Source of the DNA: Planctomycetota bacterium
GTDB lineage: Bacteria; Planctomycetota; UBA11346
Length of the DNA stretch: 64,000 nucleotides
Assembly (NCBI GenBank): GCA_038231435.1
Contig: JBBRLJ010000013.1
Location: forward strand, 1 to 64,000
Direction of reading: 5' to 3'
A model generated the notes under the pieces. The model was not told the DNA's origin. It ran no database searches and saw nothing but the letters and a program-made list of their open reading frames with translations. Positions 18,749 through 28,604 of the stretch are shown here, in pieces. The stretch's first letter is position 1. Every line of letters begins with the position of its first letter. Position numbers and translations under genes: made by a program.

Positions 18749-18993
18749 TCAGGGGCTCCGCCCCTACGGCCCTGCGGGCCTACCCCACGGGCTTTGTCGG
18801 GGCTCGGTGTCGTCGGCGGAGCCTCCGATACCGTGGGCGGATCGGCTTCGCCGATCGTATCCGCCCACCGCCCCTCGGCGCCCGGTCGCGGTGCGCTCCG
18901 GTTAGGGCAGAGGCTCTGCCCCTCGGCCCTTTGGGCTTACCCCACGTACTCTGTCGCGACCGCGACTCGGCGCCCCGTCGCTTGCGCTCCGGT
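18749..18993 (+). repeat. Multi-hairpin repeat family A: one long copy (18749-18902) plus an internally shortened tandem copy (18904-18993)
   Basis: Matches the reverse complement of 40675-40826 over about 130 nt. Confidence 0.85.
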
Positions 18994-19037
18994 GTGAATC
19001 AGACGAGTTCACCTATCGCACCGATGGGGCATGACGG

Positions 19038-19370
19038 ATGAAGACCTACCGTCCGCAGGCGAGTTACCGGCCGGAGAGCGGCGACCTGCGCACCATCGGG
19101 TTGGCCTATGGCATGAACTGCCCGAACTACCGCCAGGTGTTCGACGTCTTCCGCGCCTACCACGACCACCCCGATCCGGTGGTGCGCGCGAACGTGGTGC
19201 TCGGCATCATGTATGCCTGCCGCCGCTTCGACCGCTGCGACCCGCGCCTGATCAAGCCGTTGCTGATGCACGGGCTGCGCGACGGCGAACGGATGGTGCG
19301 TGACAACGCCGAGACGGTGGCGGCGGATCTGAAGTTCTGCTTCAAGGTCTCGTTCGGCGGGAAGTCCTAG
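19038..19370 (+). CDS. Small HEAT-repeat-like helical protein (orphan immunity-like)
   Basis: HPDPVVRANVVLGI..ACRRF...DP..IKPLL..GLRD...VRDNA pattern. Confidence 0.7.
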   Translation: MKTYRPQASYRPESGDLRTIGLAYGMNCPNYRQVFDVFRAYHDHPDPVVRANVVLGIMYACRRFDRCDPRLIKPLLMHGLRDGERMVRDNAETVAADLKFCFKVSFGGKS

Positions 19371-19558
19371 CGAGGCCGAGCCGGGATCCCGCGACGGTCG
19401 CATTCGCGAATGGGGCCGTCTCGGCCGTGCCTGCCCAGAGCGCCACCGGGTGATGGCGGTGTTTCAGGGTAGGATCACCGACCGTGCATCCGCCTATCGC
19501 CCTATCGCCCTACCGCTTTCCTCGGGCCGACTCCTCGGCTATAGATGAGATTAGTGCC

Positions 19559-20029
19559 ATGCCGACCCGCCGCATCGTCCTCCGCCGCGCGACCCTGCGC
19601 GATCTGCCTACGCTGGTGCGCCATCGCCGGGGCATGTTCGTGGGGATGGGTGTCGGCAGCGAAGCCGAGCGCGATGAAGCGGGCGAGGTCTACGCACGCT
19701 GGGTCAGGGACCTGGTGAAGGCGAGGCGTTTCGCCGCCTTCATCGCGGTCGCTCCCGGCGGACAGCCGGTTGCCAGCGGCGCGGTGTGGCTGCGCGAGCG
19801 CCAGCCGGCGCCCGCGCGTCTCGGCCCGTACCTTCCCTACCTGATGTCGATGTACACCGATCCGGCCTGGCGCGGCAAGGGCATCGCCAGGCGCATCGTG
19901 GCGGCGTCGATCGCATGGTGCCGCACGCGCGGCTACCACGGCATGTCGCTGCATGCGGCGCCCAAGGCGCGCAGGCTGTATGAGGGCTTGGGCTGGACGC
20001 GTACGCGCGAATATTCCATCACCTGGTAG
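19559..20029 (+). CDS. GNAT family N-acetyltransferase
   Basis: MYTDPAWRGKGIARRI acetyl-CoA motif; LHA...ARRLYEGLGW. Confidence 0.9.
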   Translation: MPTRRIVLRRATLRDLPTLVRHRRGMFVGMGVGSEAERDEAGEVYARWVRDLVKARRFAAFIAVAPGGQPVASGAVWLRERQPAPARLGPYLPYLMSMYTDPAWRGKGIARRIVAASIAWCRTRGYHGMSLHAAPKARRLYEGLGWTRTREYSITW

Positions 20030-20094
20030 CCCGTTTCCCAGAAGACCTGTCACGCTCGGTCCACCATCGGTCAGAGATGCACGAGGAGAAGTCG

Positions 20095-20985
20095 ATGAAG
20101 AATCCCAAGCCCGTTCTGCGCTGGGGCGGCTACCTCCTGCACCTGACCCATTACGATCCGAGCTGGGTGCTGAAGAAGAAGACCGAGAAGCCATTCGATC
20201 TCGACGTCGCCCACCGCGTCATCGATCTGCTCGCCGATGCTGGCTACAACATGCTGATGATCGGCGTCTCGGATGGCGTCGCCTACCGCTCGCATCCCGA
20301 GCTGCGCCGCCGCTACTCGCGGCCCATGTCGGCGCTCGTGGAGCTGGCCAATCACGCCCACGAGCGCGGCCTCGAGGTGGTGCCCAAGCTGAATTTCTCC
20401 AAGAGCGAGATCAACTGCCACGACTTCTGGATCCGCGAGGAGGGCGAGGTCTGGCACGCGAAGTTCGACGACGAACCCTATTGGCGGTACGGCTTCGATT
20501 GCATGGACGAGATCATCGTAGCGTGCCGGCCACAGCGCTTCTTCCACATCGGCATGGACGAGGACCACGAGCGCTCGTACTCGCAATACGTCGCGGCCAT
20601 CGCCACCCTGCGGGCGCGGTTGAAACAGCGCAAGCTGCGCACCATCTGCTGGAGCGACCTCGCCCTGACTTACGCCACCGGCGAGATCTACATCGAGAAA
20701 TGCCTGGCCTCAGAGGCCTCGAATCCGAAGGACATCGTGCGGCTGCTGTGGGACTACCGCAACATCCCCACCAGGATCATGAAGAAGACCATCGCCCGCG
20801 GCTTCGAGCAGTGGGCGGCCCCTGGCCACGAGTCGCTCGCGAAGACCATGGCCTTCCGCAAATCGCTGCTCGCCTGCGGCGGCACCGGCCTGGTGATGAC
20901 CCAGTGGGTGAAGTGCGACAAGGCCAACGAGAACGCGATCAGGGAACGCATCACCACCTACGCTCCAGCATATCAGACGGGATGA
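20095..20985 (+). CDS. GH20-like glycoside hydrolase catalytic domain (no signal peptide)
   Basis: GAGGAG RBS; YRSHPEL; GLEVVPKLN; FFHIGMDE (HxGxDE motif); CWSD. Confidence 0.8.
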   Translation: MKNPKPVLRWGGYLLHLTHYDPSWVLKKKTEKPFDLDVAHRVIDLLADAGYNMLMIGVSDGVAYRSHPELRRRYSRPMSALVELANHAHERGLEVVPKLNFSKSEINCHDFWIREEGEVWHAKFDDEPYWRYGFDCMDEIIVACRPQRFFHIGMDEDHERSYSQYVAAIATLRARLKQRKLRTICWSDLALTYATGEIYIEKCLASEASNPKDIVRLLWDYRNIPTRIMKKTIARGFEQWAAPGHESLAKTMAFRKSLLACGGTGLVMTQWVKCDKANENAIRERITTYAPAYQTG

Positions 20986-21185
20986 GCGTGGTTTCTTCGC
21001 ATCATCCAAGGACGATGAAGAGACGGATCGATCTCGGCGTTGCAGAGGGGACCTAACCAAAGTTGCGTGGCGCCAAGGGCGAAGTCCCCATGATGCACAC
21101 CGGTCATCCCTTGTTCGTGCCGCTCGAGAAACAGCGGTCTACGTGCGTGCCGCTTGCAGCCCGGGTCGACGGGATTCACCTGCCA

Positions 21186-21203
21186 TTCTCATCCTCCTCT
21201 CAT
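21186..21203 (+). promoter_or_regulatory. Candidate OmpR/PhoB-family tandem box upstream of tolC
   Basis: TCTCAT repeated with 11-bp period (21187, 21198). Confidence 0.35.
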
Positions 21204-21387
21204 TCGCTACGAGTAGAAGGTAGTCACCACGAGTCGCCTGTGCCGATTCCTCGTGCGCTCGAAAGCCCGGGCATCGCCGGGCCATCCTCCACCGGTGGCA
21301 TTCGCCAGTGCCAAAGGGCGCTTGAAGGAGGGGTGCCCGCATCGGAGGCTGTGCCGCACTCGGATCATCCTCTGAAAGCGTGAGTAC

Positions 21388-22857
21388 ATGATTCTCGTCC
21401 GTGACCGTCGCCTGGACAGATGCTCGCTCGTGCTGATGCCGGTGCTGGCTCTGGTGATGCTGGCAGATGGCTGCACGCGGTATCACGACAAGCCCATCAC
21501 ATCGTCGACGGCCTCCGAGCAGCTCGCCATCCCGGACCAGGCCAGCGTGCGCATCGCAACCGCTGAGCTGCGTCATCCCTTGCTCAAGCCCACGCCTGTC
21601 GAGCTGTCGCGTCCGCTGGATCCGGATCAGGCAGCGGTGCTCGCGGTGATCCTCAATCCCAGCCTGCGAGCCATCCGCGACCAGCGCGGCGTCGCGAGCG
21701 CGCAGGTGCTCCAGGCGGGCATCCTGCCGAATCCCCAGCTCAGCGCCTCGGCCGAGATCCCGACTGCCGGTGATGTCGGCGGGACCACCTCGGGATTCGG
21801 TCTCGGCCTCAACTGGGAAGCCACGGCGCTGATCACCCGCGCTTCGCGCCGTCGCGCCGCGATCGATCAGGCGGATTCGATCGATCTGTCGGTGGCATGG
21901 CAGGAATGGCAGCTCGCCCAGGGCACCAAGCAGATCTTCTTCCGTCTCCGGAGCGCCATCCTCCGGCTCGCCATCGCCGAGGAGGCGGACCGTTTCCAAG
22001 CGCACCAGCGCGATCTGATGACCGAGGCGGTGTCCGCCAATCTGAAGACCTCGGCCGACCTCGCCGCCGCGGATGCCTCGAGCCAGGATGCACGCGTGCT
22101 GGCGCTGGATCTGCGCGAGGAAGTCGAGCGCCAACGCTTGGCGCTGACGCGCACGCTCGGTCTGCCCGCCCGGGCCGAGATCCAGACGGCCGACGTGCCG
22201 TGGCCGTCCGAGCCGTCGCCCGACGAGGGACTCGAGCGGGATCTCGAGCTCTCGCGCATCGACCTCGTTGCCCTGCGCATGGGCTACGACGGCCAGCAGG
22301 AAGCGCTGAGGACGGCGATCCTCGGCCAGTTCCCCAAGGTCTCCATTGGCCTGACCCATGCGCGCGACACCGGCAATGTGCAGGCGTCTGGCATCGGCAT
22401 CACCATCGACCTGCCGATCTTCGATCGCAACCAGGGAGCCATCGCAAGCGAGACCGCCACCCGTCAGCGCCTGTTTGACGAGTACGTGCAGCGCGTGTAC
22501 GAGGCGCGTCACGATCTCGCCGAGGCGCTCTCCGAGGCCGCGGCCGTGGCCGAGCGCATCCGCGAGACCGATCGCACGCTCGACTCGTACCGCAAGCGCG
22601 AGGCCGAGTTCCGCAGCGCGGTCGGCGACAGCCTGCTCGATGTCCTGAGCCTGCAGCAGGCGGTGACCGCGCTGACCCTGAAGCGGTTGGAGGCGATCCA
22701 GCTGCGCGAGCGCCTGGCCGAGGTGCGCATCGCCATCGAGCTCGCGGCTGGACGCTATCTGCCTGTTGCTGTCTCCGCGACCAACCCCGCGAGCGATCCC
22801 GCGCCCAACCCCGCGCCCAGTCCCGAGTCCACCGATCCCACGAAGGTTACGCCGTGA
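21388..22857 (+). CDS. TolC-family outer membrane efflux protein
   Basis: Lipobox-like DGC; NPSLRA.R; AGILPNPQL; IDLPIFDRNQG. Confidence 0.93.
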   Translation: MILVRDRRLDRCSLVLMPVLALVMLADGCTRYHDKPITSSTASEQLAIPDQASVRIATAELRHPLLKPTPVELSRPLDPDQAAVLAVILNPSLRAIRDQRGVASAQVLQAGILPNPQLSASAEIPTAGDVGGTTSGFGLGLNWEATALITRASRRRAAIDQADSIDLSVAWQEWQLAQGTKQIFFRLRSAILRLAIAEEADRFQAHQRDLMTEAVSANLKTSADLAAADASSQDARVLALDLREEVERQRLALTRTLGLPARAEIQTADVPWPSEPSPDEGLERDLELSRIDLVALRMGYDGQQEALRTAILGQFPKVSIGLTHARDTGNVQASGIGITIDLPIFDRNQGAIASETATRQRLFDEYVQRVYEARHDLAEALSEAAAVAERIRETDRTLDSYRKREAEFRSAVGDSLLDVLSLQQAVTALTLKRLEAIQLRERLAEVRIAIELAAGRYLPVAVSATNPASDPAPNPAPSPESTDPTKVTP

Positions 22858-24053
22858 CACCATTGCGCCTGGCCCTGATTGCAGCCGTCTTCAGTCTCGG
22901 ATTCCTGGTCGGCTGGGTGACGTCCGATGCGCGCCGTGGCGTGGCGGCTCGGCACGATGATCCCGCGGAGGCGAAAGACGCCAAGGGAAGCAAGGAAACA
23001 AACGAAACCAAGGAAACGCCGGGCGCCTCGGCCAACGGCCAGTCAACGACCGAGGACGGCGCGGACGAGGCGAGGATCGAGGCCGTGTCCCGCGTCGGCG
23101 TGGTTGCGATCAGGCGGGAATCGATGCACCGCGTCGTGATCGGCTATGGAACGGTGGCGCCCGCCCCGAGGAGCCTGCGGACCGTGACGCTGCCCTTCGA
23201 ATGCCGCGTAGTCCGCATCTCGACCGCCGTGGGTGTGGCCGTCGCCGGCGGAAGCGATCTCGCCGCGGGGACCGAGCTCGCCGAAGTGGCCATCTCGCAG
23301 GACGCCCAATCCGCGCGGGCCGAGGCGTTGTCGACCCAGGCCGAGGCGCGCGTCGAGCTCGCGCAGGCGCAACGGCGCGTCGAGCTGCATCTGGCCACGG
23401 CGCAGGATCTGCAGCAGGCCAAGGCCGCCCTCGCGCTCGCCGACATCAAGGCGAAGGCCTGGGCCCAGCGCATCGACGGAGACACGCTGGTGATCCGCGC
23501 GGTGTCCGCCGGCACGGTCGTCAAGATCGCCGCGCAACCGGGGCAGGTGGTGCCGGCGGGTACTGAGATCATCGAGATATCAGAAGGCGACGACGACGAG
23601 GCGCGGCTCGGGTTCGAGCCGTCGGACATGGCTCGGCTGTCGGTGGGCGCCACCATCAAGGTGATCGACGTGCGCAGGCCGGAGGTGACGTTCGAGACCG
23701 TGATCCGCTACATCCCGGCGGTGCTCGATCCGGACACCCGCCTGGCCGACGCCGTGGTTGCGCTCCCGAAAGCGCGCATCCCGTTCGGCGGTCTCGTCCG
23801 CGGCGAGCTGCAGGTCACCGTGCCCGAGAGCTGGGTGGTGCCACGGCAGGCCCTGGTCTCCACCGATGACGGCGTGCGGGTCTTCACCGTCGTCGATGGC
23901 AAGGCGGTGGCGCATGCGGCGACGGTACTCGCGAACACGGAGGCTGACGCGGCGATCGAGGCCGAAGGTCTCGGCGCGGCCGACCAGGTGGTCGTGCTCG
24001 GTAATTACCAGCTCGCGGACGGCATGCCGGTCCAGATCAGTGGCGCTCCATGA
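22854..24053 (+). CDS. RND efflux periplasmic adaptor (MFP)
   Basis: N-terminal TM; lipoyl/helical hairpin; LDPDTR; VVPRQAL; VVVLGNYQLADGM. Confidence 0.92.
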   Translation: MTPLRLALIAAVFSLGFLVGWVTSDARRGVAARHDDPAEAKDAKGSKETNETKETPGASANGQSTTEDGADEARIEAVSRVGVVAIRRESMHRVVIGYGTVAPAPRSLRTVTLPFECRVVRISTAVGVAVAGGSDLAAGTELAEVAISQDAQSARAEALSTQAEARVELAQAQRRVELHLATAQDLQQAKAALALADIKAKAWAQRIDGDTLVIRAVSAGTVVKIAAQPGQVVPAGTEIIEISEGDDDEARLGFEPSDMARLSVGATIKVIDVRRPEVTFETVIRYIPAVLDPDTRLADAVVALPKARIPFGGLVRGELQVTVPESWVVPRQALVSTDDGVRVFTVVDGKAVAHAATVLANTEADAAIEAEGLGAADQVVVLGNYQLADGMPVQISGAP

Positions 24054-27000
24054 GTGCCTCCCAGGCCGTGGCCACGTGGATACTCGGCCATCGGCGGTCG
24101 ATCCTGCTGGTCATCGTGCTGGCAGCGGCTGCTGGTTTCGCCTCGATCTGGTCGATCCCGGTGGCGCTGTTCCCCAACGTGCACTTCCCGCGCGTGGTGG
24201 TCGACATCGAGAGCGGTGACCGCCCCGCCGAGCGCATGGCGGTCGAGATCACCAAGCCGATCGAGGAAGCGGTGCGCATCCTGCCGGGCATCGACACCGT
24301 GCGCTCGGTGACCAGTCGCGGCGAGGCCGAGATCTCGCTGACCTTCGGTTGGAACGAGGACATGGACACGGCGCTCCTGCGCACCGAGTCCACCGTGAAC
24401 CAGGCCATGGCCCATCTCCCCGCCGGCACGGCATTCACCGTGCGACGGATGGATCCGACGGTGTTCCCGTGCCTCGCGTACAGCTTCATCTCGGATGCCC
24501 GATCGCTCGCCGACCTGCGCCATCTGGTGCAGTACGACGTCAGGCCGCAGCTCGCCACCATCCATGGCGTGGCGAAGGTCGATGTCTGGGGCGGCGCGAT
24601 CGGCGAGATCGAGGTGATCGTCGATCCCGAACGTCTGGCGGCGCACGGCCTGGGCTTCGATCAGGTCGGCGACGCCCTGGCGAAGGCCAACATCCAATCC
24701 GCGGTGGGCCGCATCGAGGACAACGGCAAGCTCTACCTCGTCATCGCCAATGCTCCTGAGGCCGATCTCGACGCGATCGCGTCGGTGGCGGTCCGCGCCG
24801 GCTCCGATGGCGTGGTCCGGATCGCGGACGTCGCGAGGGTGATCCGGGGCGAGGAGCCGCACTGGACTCGGCTGACGGCCGACGGGCACGACGCCGTGGC
24901 CCTGCAGGTGTATCAACAGCCAGGCGGCAACACCGTCGCGATCGCCCGTGGCATCGAGACGATGCTGGACGACCTGCGCAAGAAGCTGCCCGCGGACGTC
25001 ACCGTGGCGACCTGGTACGATCAGTCCGAGCTCATCGTCGCCTCGGCTGGCAGCGTCCGCGATGCGGTGATCATCGGCACCGTCCTGGCCGCGATCGTCA
25101 TCCTGCTGTTCCTGCGCAATCTGCGCGTGACCGTGGTCGCGCTCATCGCCGTGCCGACGGTGCTGGGGACGACGGTGCTCGGCCTCTACATGATGGGCAT
25201 GAGCTTCAACATCATGACCCTCGGCGGCATGGCTGCCGCCGTCGGCCTGATCATCGACGATGCGATCGTCATGGTCGAGCATCTCGTGGCCAGGACGCGC
25301 CTCACGCGGGCGCGCGACGGCGCGAGCCTGATGTCCGAGGCCGTGGGCTTCGCTGCCCCGCTGGCGGGGTCGTCGGCGGCGACGGTGGTGATCTTCATCC
25401 CGCTCGCATTCCTGTCGGGGGTTACCGGTGCCTTCTTCAAGGCGCTGTCGTTGACCATGGCCTTCAGCCTGGTGGTGAGCTTCATCGTGGCGCTCTTCGC
25501 GGTGCCGCTGGTCATGACCCTGGTGATCACGGCACCGAAGCGCGAGACTGATCACACAGTCGGCTGGCTCGGACGCGGCTACGCTCGCGGGATGGGATCC
25601 TTGCTGCGCCATCCATGGCTGGTGGCGCTGATCATCGCGCCATTGCTCGCCATCGGCTGGGTCTCGTACGACAAGGTCGGCACCGGCTTCATGCCGTCGA
25701 TGGACGAAGGCGGATTCATCCTCGATTATCGCGCCGCGCCCGGCACCGCGCTGGGCGAGACCGAGCGCATGCTGAACCAGATCGAAGTCATCCTGCGCGC
25801 CACCCCCGAGGTGTCGACCTATACCCGCCGCACCGGACTGCAGCTGGGCGGAGGCATCACCGAGGCCAACGAAGGCGACCTCTTCGTGCGCCTCAAACCC
25901 CAGCCTCGCCGCTCGTGCGAGGAGGTCATGGACGACATCCGCGGGAAGGTCCAGGGCCGTGTCGTCGGGCTGGACATCGAACTGCTGCAGCTGATGGAGG
26001 ACCTGATCGGAGACCTGATCGCCAATCCGCACCCCATCGAGATCGTCCTCACGGCCGACAACGGCGCCGTCCTGCTGCAGTCCGCCATCGACGTCGCCAA
26101 GCGCATCGAGGGCGTGAAGGGGGTCGTGGACATCAACAACGGCGTGGTCATCGCCGGGGACGCGATCGAGATCGAGATCGACCACGATCGGGCGGCTCTG
26201 GAAGGCATCGACGCCGACAGCGCCGCGAAGCAGGTGCAGGGGCTGCTGTCCGGGACCATCGCCACCCAGGTGCAGGATGGACCCGCGATGCTCGACGTGC
26301 GCGTCTGGACGCCGCGCTCATCACGCGCGCACATCGACACGCTCGCGCGCATGTCCCTGCGCGCGCCCGATGGCCACGTGTTTCCCGTGTCCCGGATCGC
26401 GACGCTGCACCCGGTCACCGGGCAGCCACAGATCATGCATCAGGACCTCAGACGCGTCGTGGCCGTCACCGCGCGCATCAGTGGACGCGATTTGGGTTCT
26501 ACGATCGATGATCTGAAGAAGGCGCTCGCCGAGAAGGGCGTGCTGCAGCAGGGGGTCTCGTACCGGCTTGCCGGCCTCTATCAGCAGCAGCAGACCGCCT
26601 TCGTCGATCTCACCAAGGTGCTGGCAGCGGCGGTGGTCCTGGTCTTCATCCTGCTGGTGTACCTGTACGAGAGCTTCCGCGGAGCCATCGCGGTGATGAT
26701 CACCACGCTGCTGTCGGTCGCCGGCGTATTCATCGGCCTGGCCTGCACGCATACCGAGCTCAACATCACCGCGCTGATGGGCATGACCATGATCGTGGGC
26801 ATCGTCACCGAGGTGGCGATCATCTTCTATTCACAGTTCTCGGTTGAGCGCCCATCCGCCATCGGCGAGGGGGCCGCCGCCGAGGATCGCAATCGCAGGC
26901 TGATCGACGCGGGCCTGGTGCGCATGCGTCCGATCGCGATGACCATCGTCGCGGCGGTGTTCGCGCTGCTGCCGCTCGCCATCGGGTACGGCGAAGGCTC

Positions 27001-27109
27001 GGCCATGCAGCGGCCTCTCGCGATCGCGATCATCTCGGGGCTGATCCTGCAGATGCCGCTGTCGGTCATCGTCCTGCCGTCACTGCTGGCGCTCTTCAGG
27101 GTGCGTTGA
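24050..27109 (+). CDS. RND efflux permease (AcrB/CusA superfamily)
   Basis: 1019 aa; FNIMTLGGMAAAVGLIIDDAIV; FMPSMDEGGF; RMRPIAMT; MQRPLAIAIISGL. Confidence 0.95.
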   Translation: MSASQAVATWILGHRRSILLVIVLAAAAGFASIWSIPVALFPNVHFPRVVVDIESGDRPAERMAVEITKPIEEAVRILPGIDTVRSVTSRGEAEISLTFGWNEDMDTALLRTESTVNQAMAHLPAGTAFTVRRMDPTVFPCLAYSFISDARSLADLRHLVQYDVRPQLATIHGVAKVDVWGGAIGEIEVIVDPERLAAHGLGFDQVGDALAKANIQSAVGRIEDNGKLYLVIANAPEADLDAIASVAVRAGSDGVVRIADVARVIRGEEPHWTRLTADGHDAVALQVYQQPGGNTVAIARGIETMLDDLRKKLPADVTVATWYDQSELIVASAGSVRDAVIIGTVLAAIVILLFLRNLRVTVVALIAVPTVLGTTVLGLYMMGMSFNIMTLGGMAAAVGLIIDDAIVMVEHLVARTRLTRARDGASLMSEAVGFAAPLAGSSAATVVIFIPLAFLSGVTGAFFKALSLTMAFSLVVSFIVALFAVPLVMTLVITAPKRETDHTVGWLGRGYARGMGSLLRHPWLVALIIAPLLAIGWVSYDKVGTGFMPSMDEGGFILDYRAAPGTALGETERMLNQIEVILRATPEVSTYTRRTGLQLGGGITEANEGDLFVRLKPQPRRSCEEVMDDIRGKVQGRVVGLDIELLQLMEDLIGDLIANPHPIEIVLTADNGAVLLQSAIDVAKRIEGVKGVVDINNGVVIAGDAIEIEIDHDRAALEGIDADSAAKQVQGLLSGTIATQVQDGPAMLDVRVWTPRSSRAHIDTLARMSLRAPDGHVFPVSRIATLHPVTGQPQIMHQDLRRVVAVTARISGRDLGSTIDDLKKALAEKGVLQQGVSYRLAGLYQQQQTAFVDLTKVLAAAVVLVFILLVYLYESFRGAIAVMITTLLSVAGVFIGLACTHTELNITALMGMTMIVGIVTEVAIIFYSQFSVERPSAIGEGAAAEDRNRRLIDAGLVRMRPIAMTIVAAVFALLPLAIGYGEGSAMQRPLAIAIISGLILQMPLSVIVLPSLLALFRVR

Positions 27110-27190
27110 CGAGGTTGCCACGCCGCTGCCGCTGCCGCTTCCGCGGCAGCGGCAGCGCGTAACGGCGGGCTGGCGGCCTGACGGTCGCGC

Positions 27191-28261
27191 CTATCTGCCG
27201 ATCTCCGGGTCCTTCCCGACGACCAGGACCACGAACGAGTTCGGCAGGTATTCGCGGCGGCCTTTCTTCGGGGCCTCTCCCGCAACGGCGGGCTTCGGTT
27301 CGGCGGTCACCAGATAGAGGTGATGGGTCTTGTCATCCAGCGCGATCTGGCGGGCCCCCGCCTTGGTGGTGGCGGTCTGGGCGACCGTGAACGCGTCTGG
27401 CGAATCCTCGTGCACGACGGTCAGGGTCCCATCGGCGTTGGGCGAGAAGAAGTCGCCAGTCGAGGGATCGAAGGCGGCGCCATCCGCGCCCGCGCCGATG
27501 GGTACCGTGGCGACCACCTTGCCGGATTCGGTGTCGAGCACCTCCATGGTCTTCGAGTCGTGGCAGACGCTGACGACGCGGTGGTGTTCGGCATCGACCG
27601 CGACGCCGCTCGGTCCTTCGCCAGGAGCCAGCGGCCAGTGCGCGACGGCCTTGAGAGCCATGGTGTCGACGACGCCGAGCTCGTTCTTGTCCTCGAGATT
27701 GGTGTAGAGGCGTCCCTTGCCGTCCACCGCCACGAGTTCTGGAGCGCCGCCGACCTCGATGGTGGCCTCGACCTTGCCGTCGGCCGGCGCCAGGACGGTG
27801 AGGTCGGTGCCGCCGTTGTTGCAGACGAAGACATGCTTGCTGGCTGGATCGTAGATGATCGCATCCGGCTTCTTGCCGGTCTTCGCCGTGCCCAGCACCG
27901 CGAGCGTCTTCAGATCGAAGATGGTGACGGTGTCATCCTTGCCATTGGTGATGAACCCACGGTTCACGTCCGTCGCCACGGCGACTCCGTGGACTCCACT
28001 GCCGGGAATCTCGCCGATGAGCTTGCCACTGTCGGCGTCCATCACCATGACGCGGGTCGAACGCGCGATGTAGAACCGGCGAGCCGCCGAATCCACGGTG
28101 AGCAGGTCCCACCCGCCGTCGCCGCCGAGCGCGTACGTGGTGAGGACATGGAATCCATCCTTGCCTGCGCGCTCTGAAGCCTGATCGGTCTGCGCGGCCG
28201 AGGCCGCGGTCATGGTCATCACGCCGAGGGCGGGGGGGAGTAGCGAACGGAGCAGATGCAT
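27191..28261 (-). CDS. YncE/YVTN beta-propeller protein, secreted
   Basis: GGDGGWDLLTVD; GVHGVAV; PDAIIYDP; ARQIALD.KTH. Confidence 0.9.
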   Translation of the reverse strand: MHLLRSLLPPALGVMTMTAASAAQTDQASERAGKDGFHVLTTYALGGDGGWDLLTVDSAARRFYIARSTRVMVMDADSGKLIGEIPGSGVHGVAVATDVNRGFITNGKDDTVTIFDLKTLAVLGTAKTGKKPDAIIYDPASKHVFVCNNGGTDLTVLAPADGKVEATIEVGGAPELVAVDGKGRLYTNLEDKNELGVVDTMALKAVAHWPLAPGEGPSGVAVDAEHHRVVSVCHDSKTMEVLDTESGKVVATVPIGAGADGAAFDPSTGDFFSPNADGTLTVVHEDSPDAFTVAQTATTKAGARQIALDDKTHHLYLVTAEPKPAVAGEAPKKGRREYLPNSFVVLVVGKDPEIGR

Positions 28262-28385
28262 GGGACCTCGATTCAGGGTTCGGAAGGAATACCCCTCCCG
28301 CGCGCGCGGGTGGCGGGGCGGGGCGGGTGCGATGCGGGATGTGCCACACTGTCGCCCACCAGCGTTCATGCATCGTGCAGAGTGG

Positions 28386-28406
28386 ATGATGACGGAATGA
28401 TGACGG
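28386..28406 (-). promoter_or_regulatory. Perfect 10-bp direct repeat at 11-bp period (OmpR-family box candidate) upstream of the YncE gene
   Basis: ATGATGACGG at 28386-28395 and 28397-28406. Confidence 0.5.
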
Positions 28407-28604
28407 CTTGTGGCCAAGAGGCGACCTCCCGCCGCGGTCGGAACGTGCGGCATTCCGCACGCGGCAGGAGGCCTCCTCAATGGGAAGCAATTGGGGGGAA
28501 GTGACGCGCGAGCCATGAGCATGGTGGACTAGCCGCAGGAAGTTCCAGGCAGTCTCTGAATCCTACCCGAAGCTAGACCACTCGGGCCACAACTTTAGTT
28601 GTCG

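Noticed and set aside
20986..21387. Riboswitch or isolated attC (ACCTAAC near 21051) in the long tolC leader
   Set aside because: No matching GTTRRRY box or L boxes; no riboswitch consensus recognised
28524..28604. Second IS end (TGGACTAGCCGCAGGAAGTTCCAGG) upstream of the IS3 remnant
   Set aside because: Only vague similarity to IS3-type ends; no partner IR or ORF
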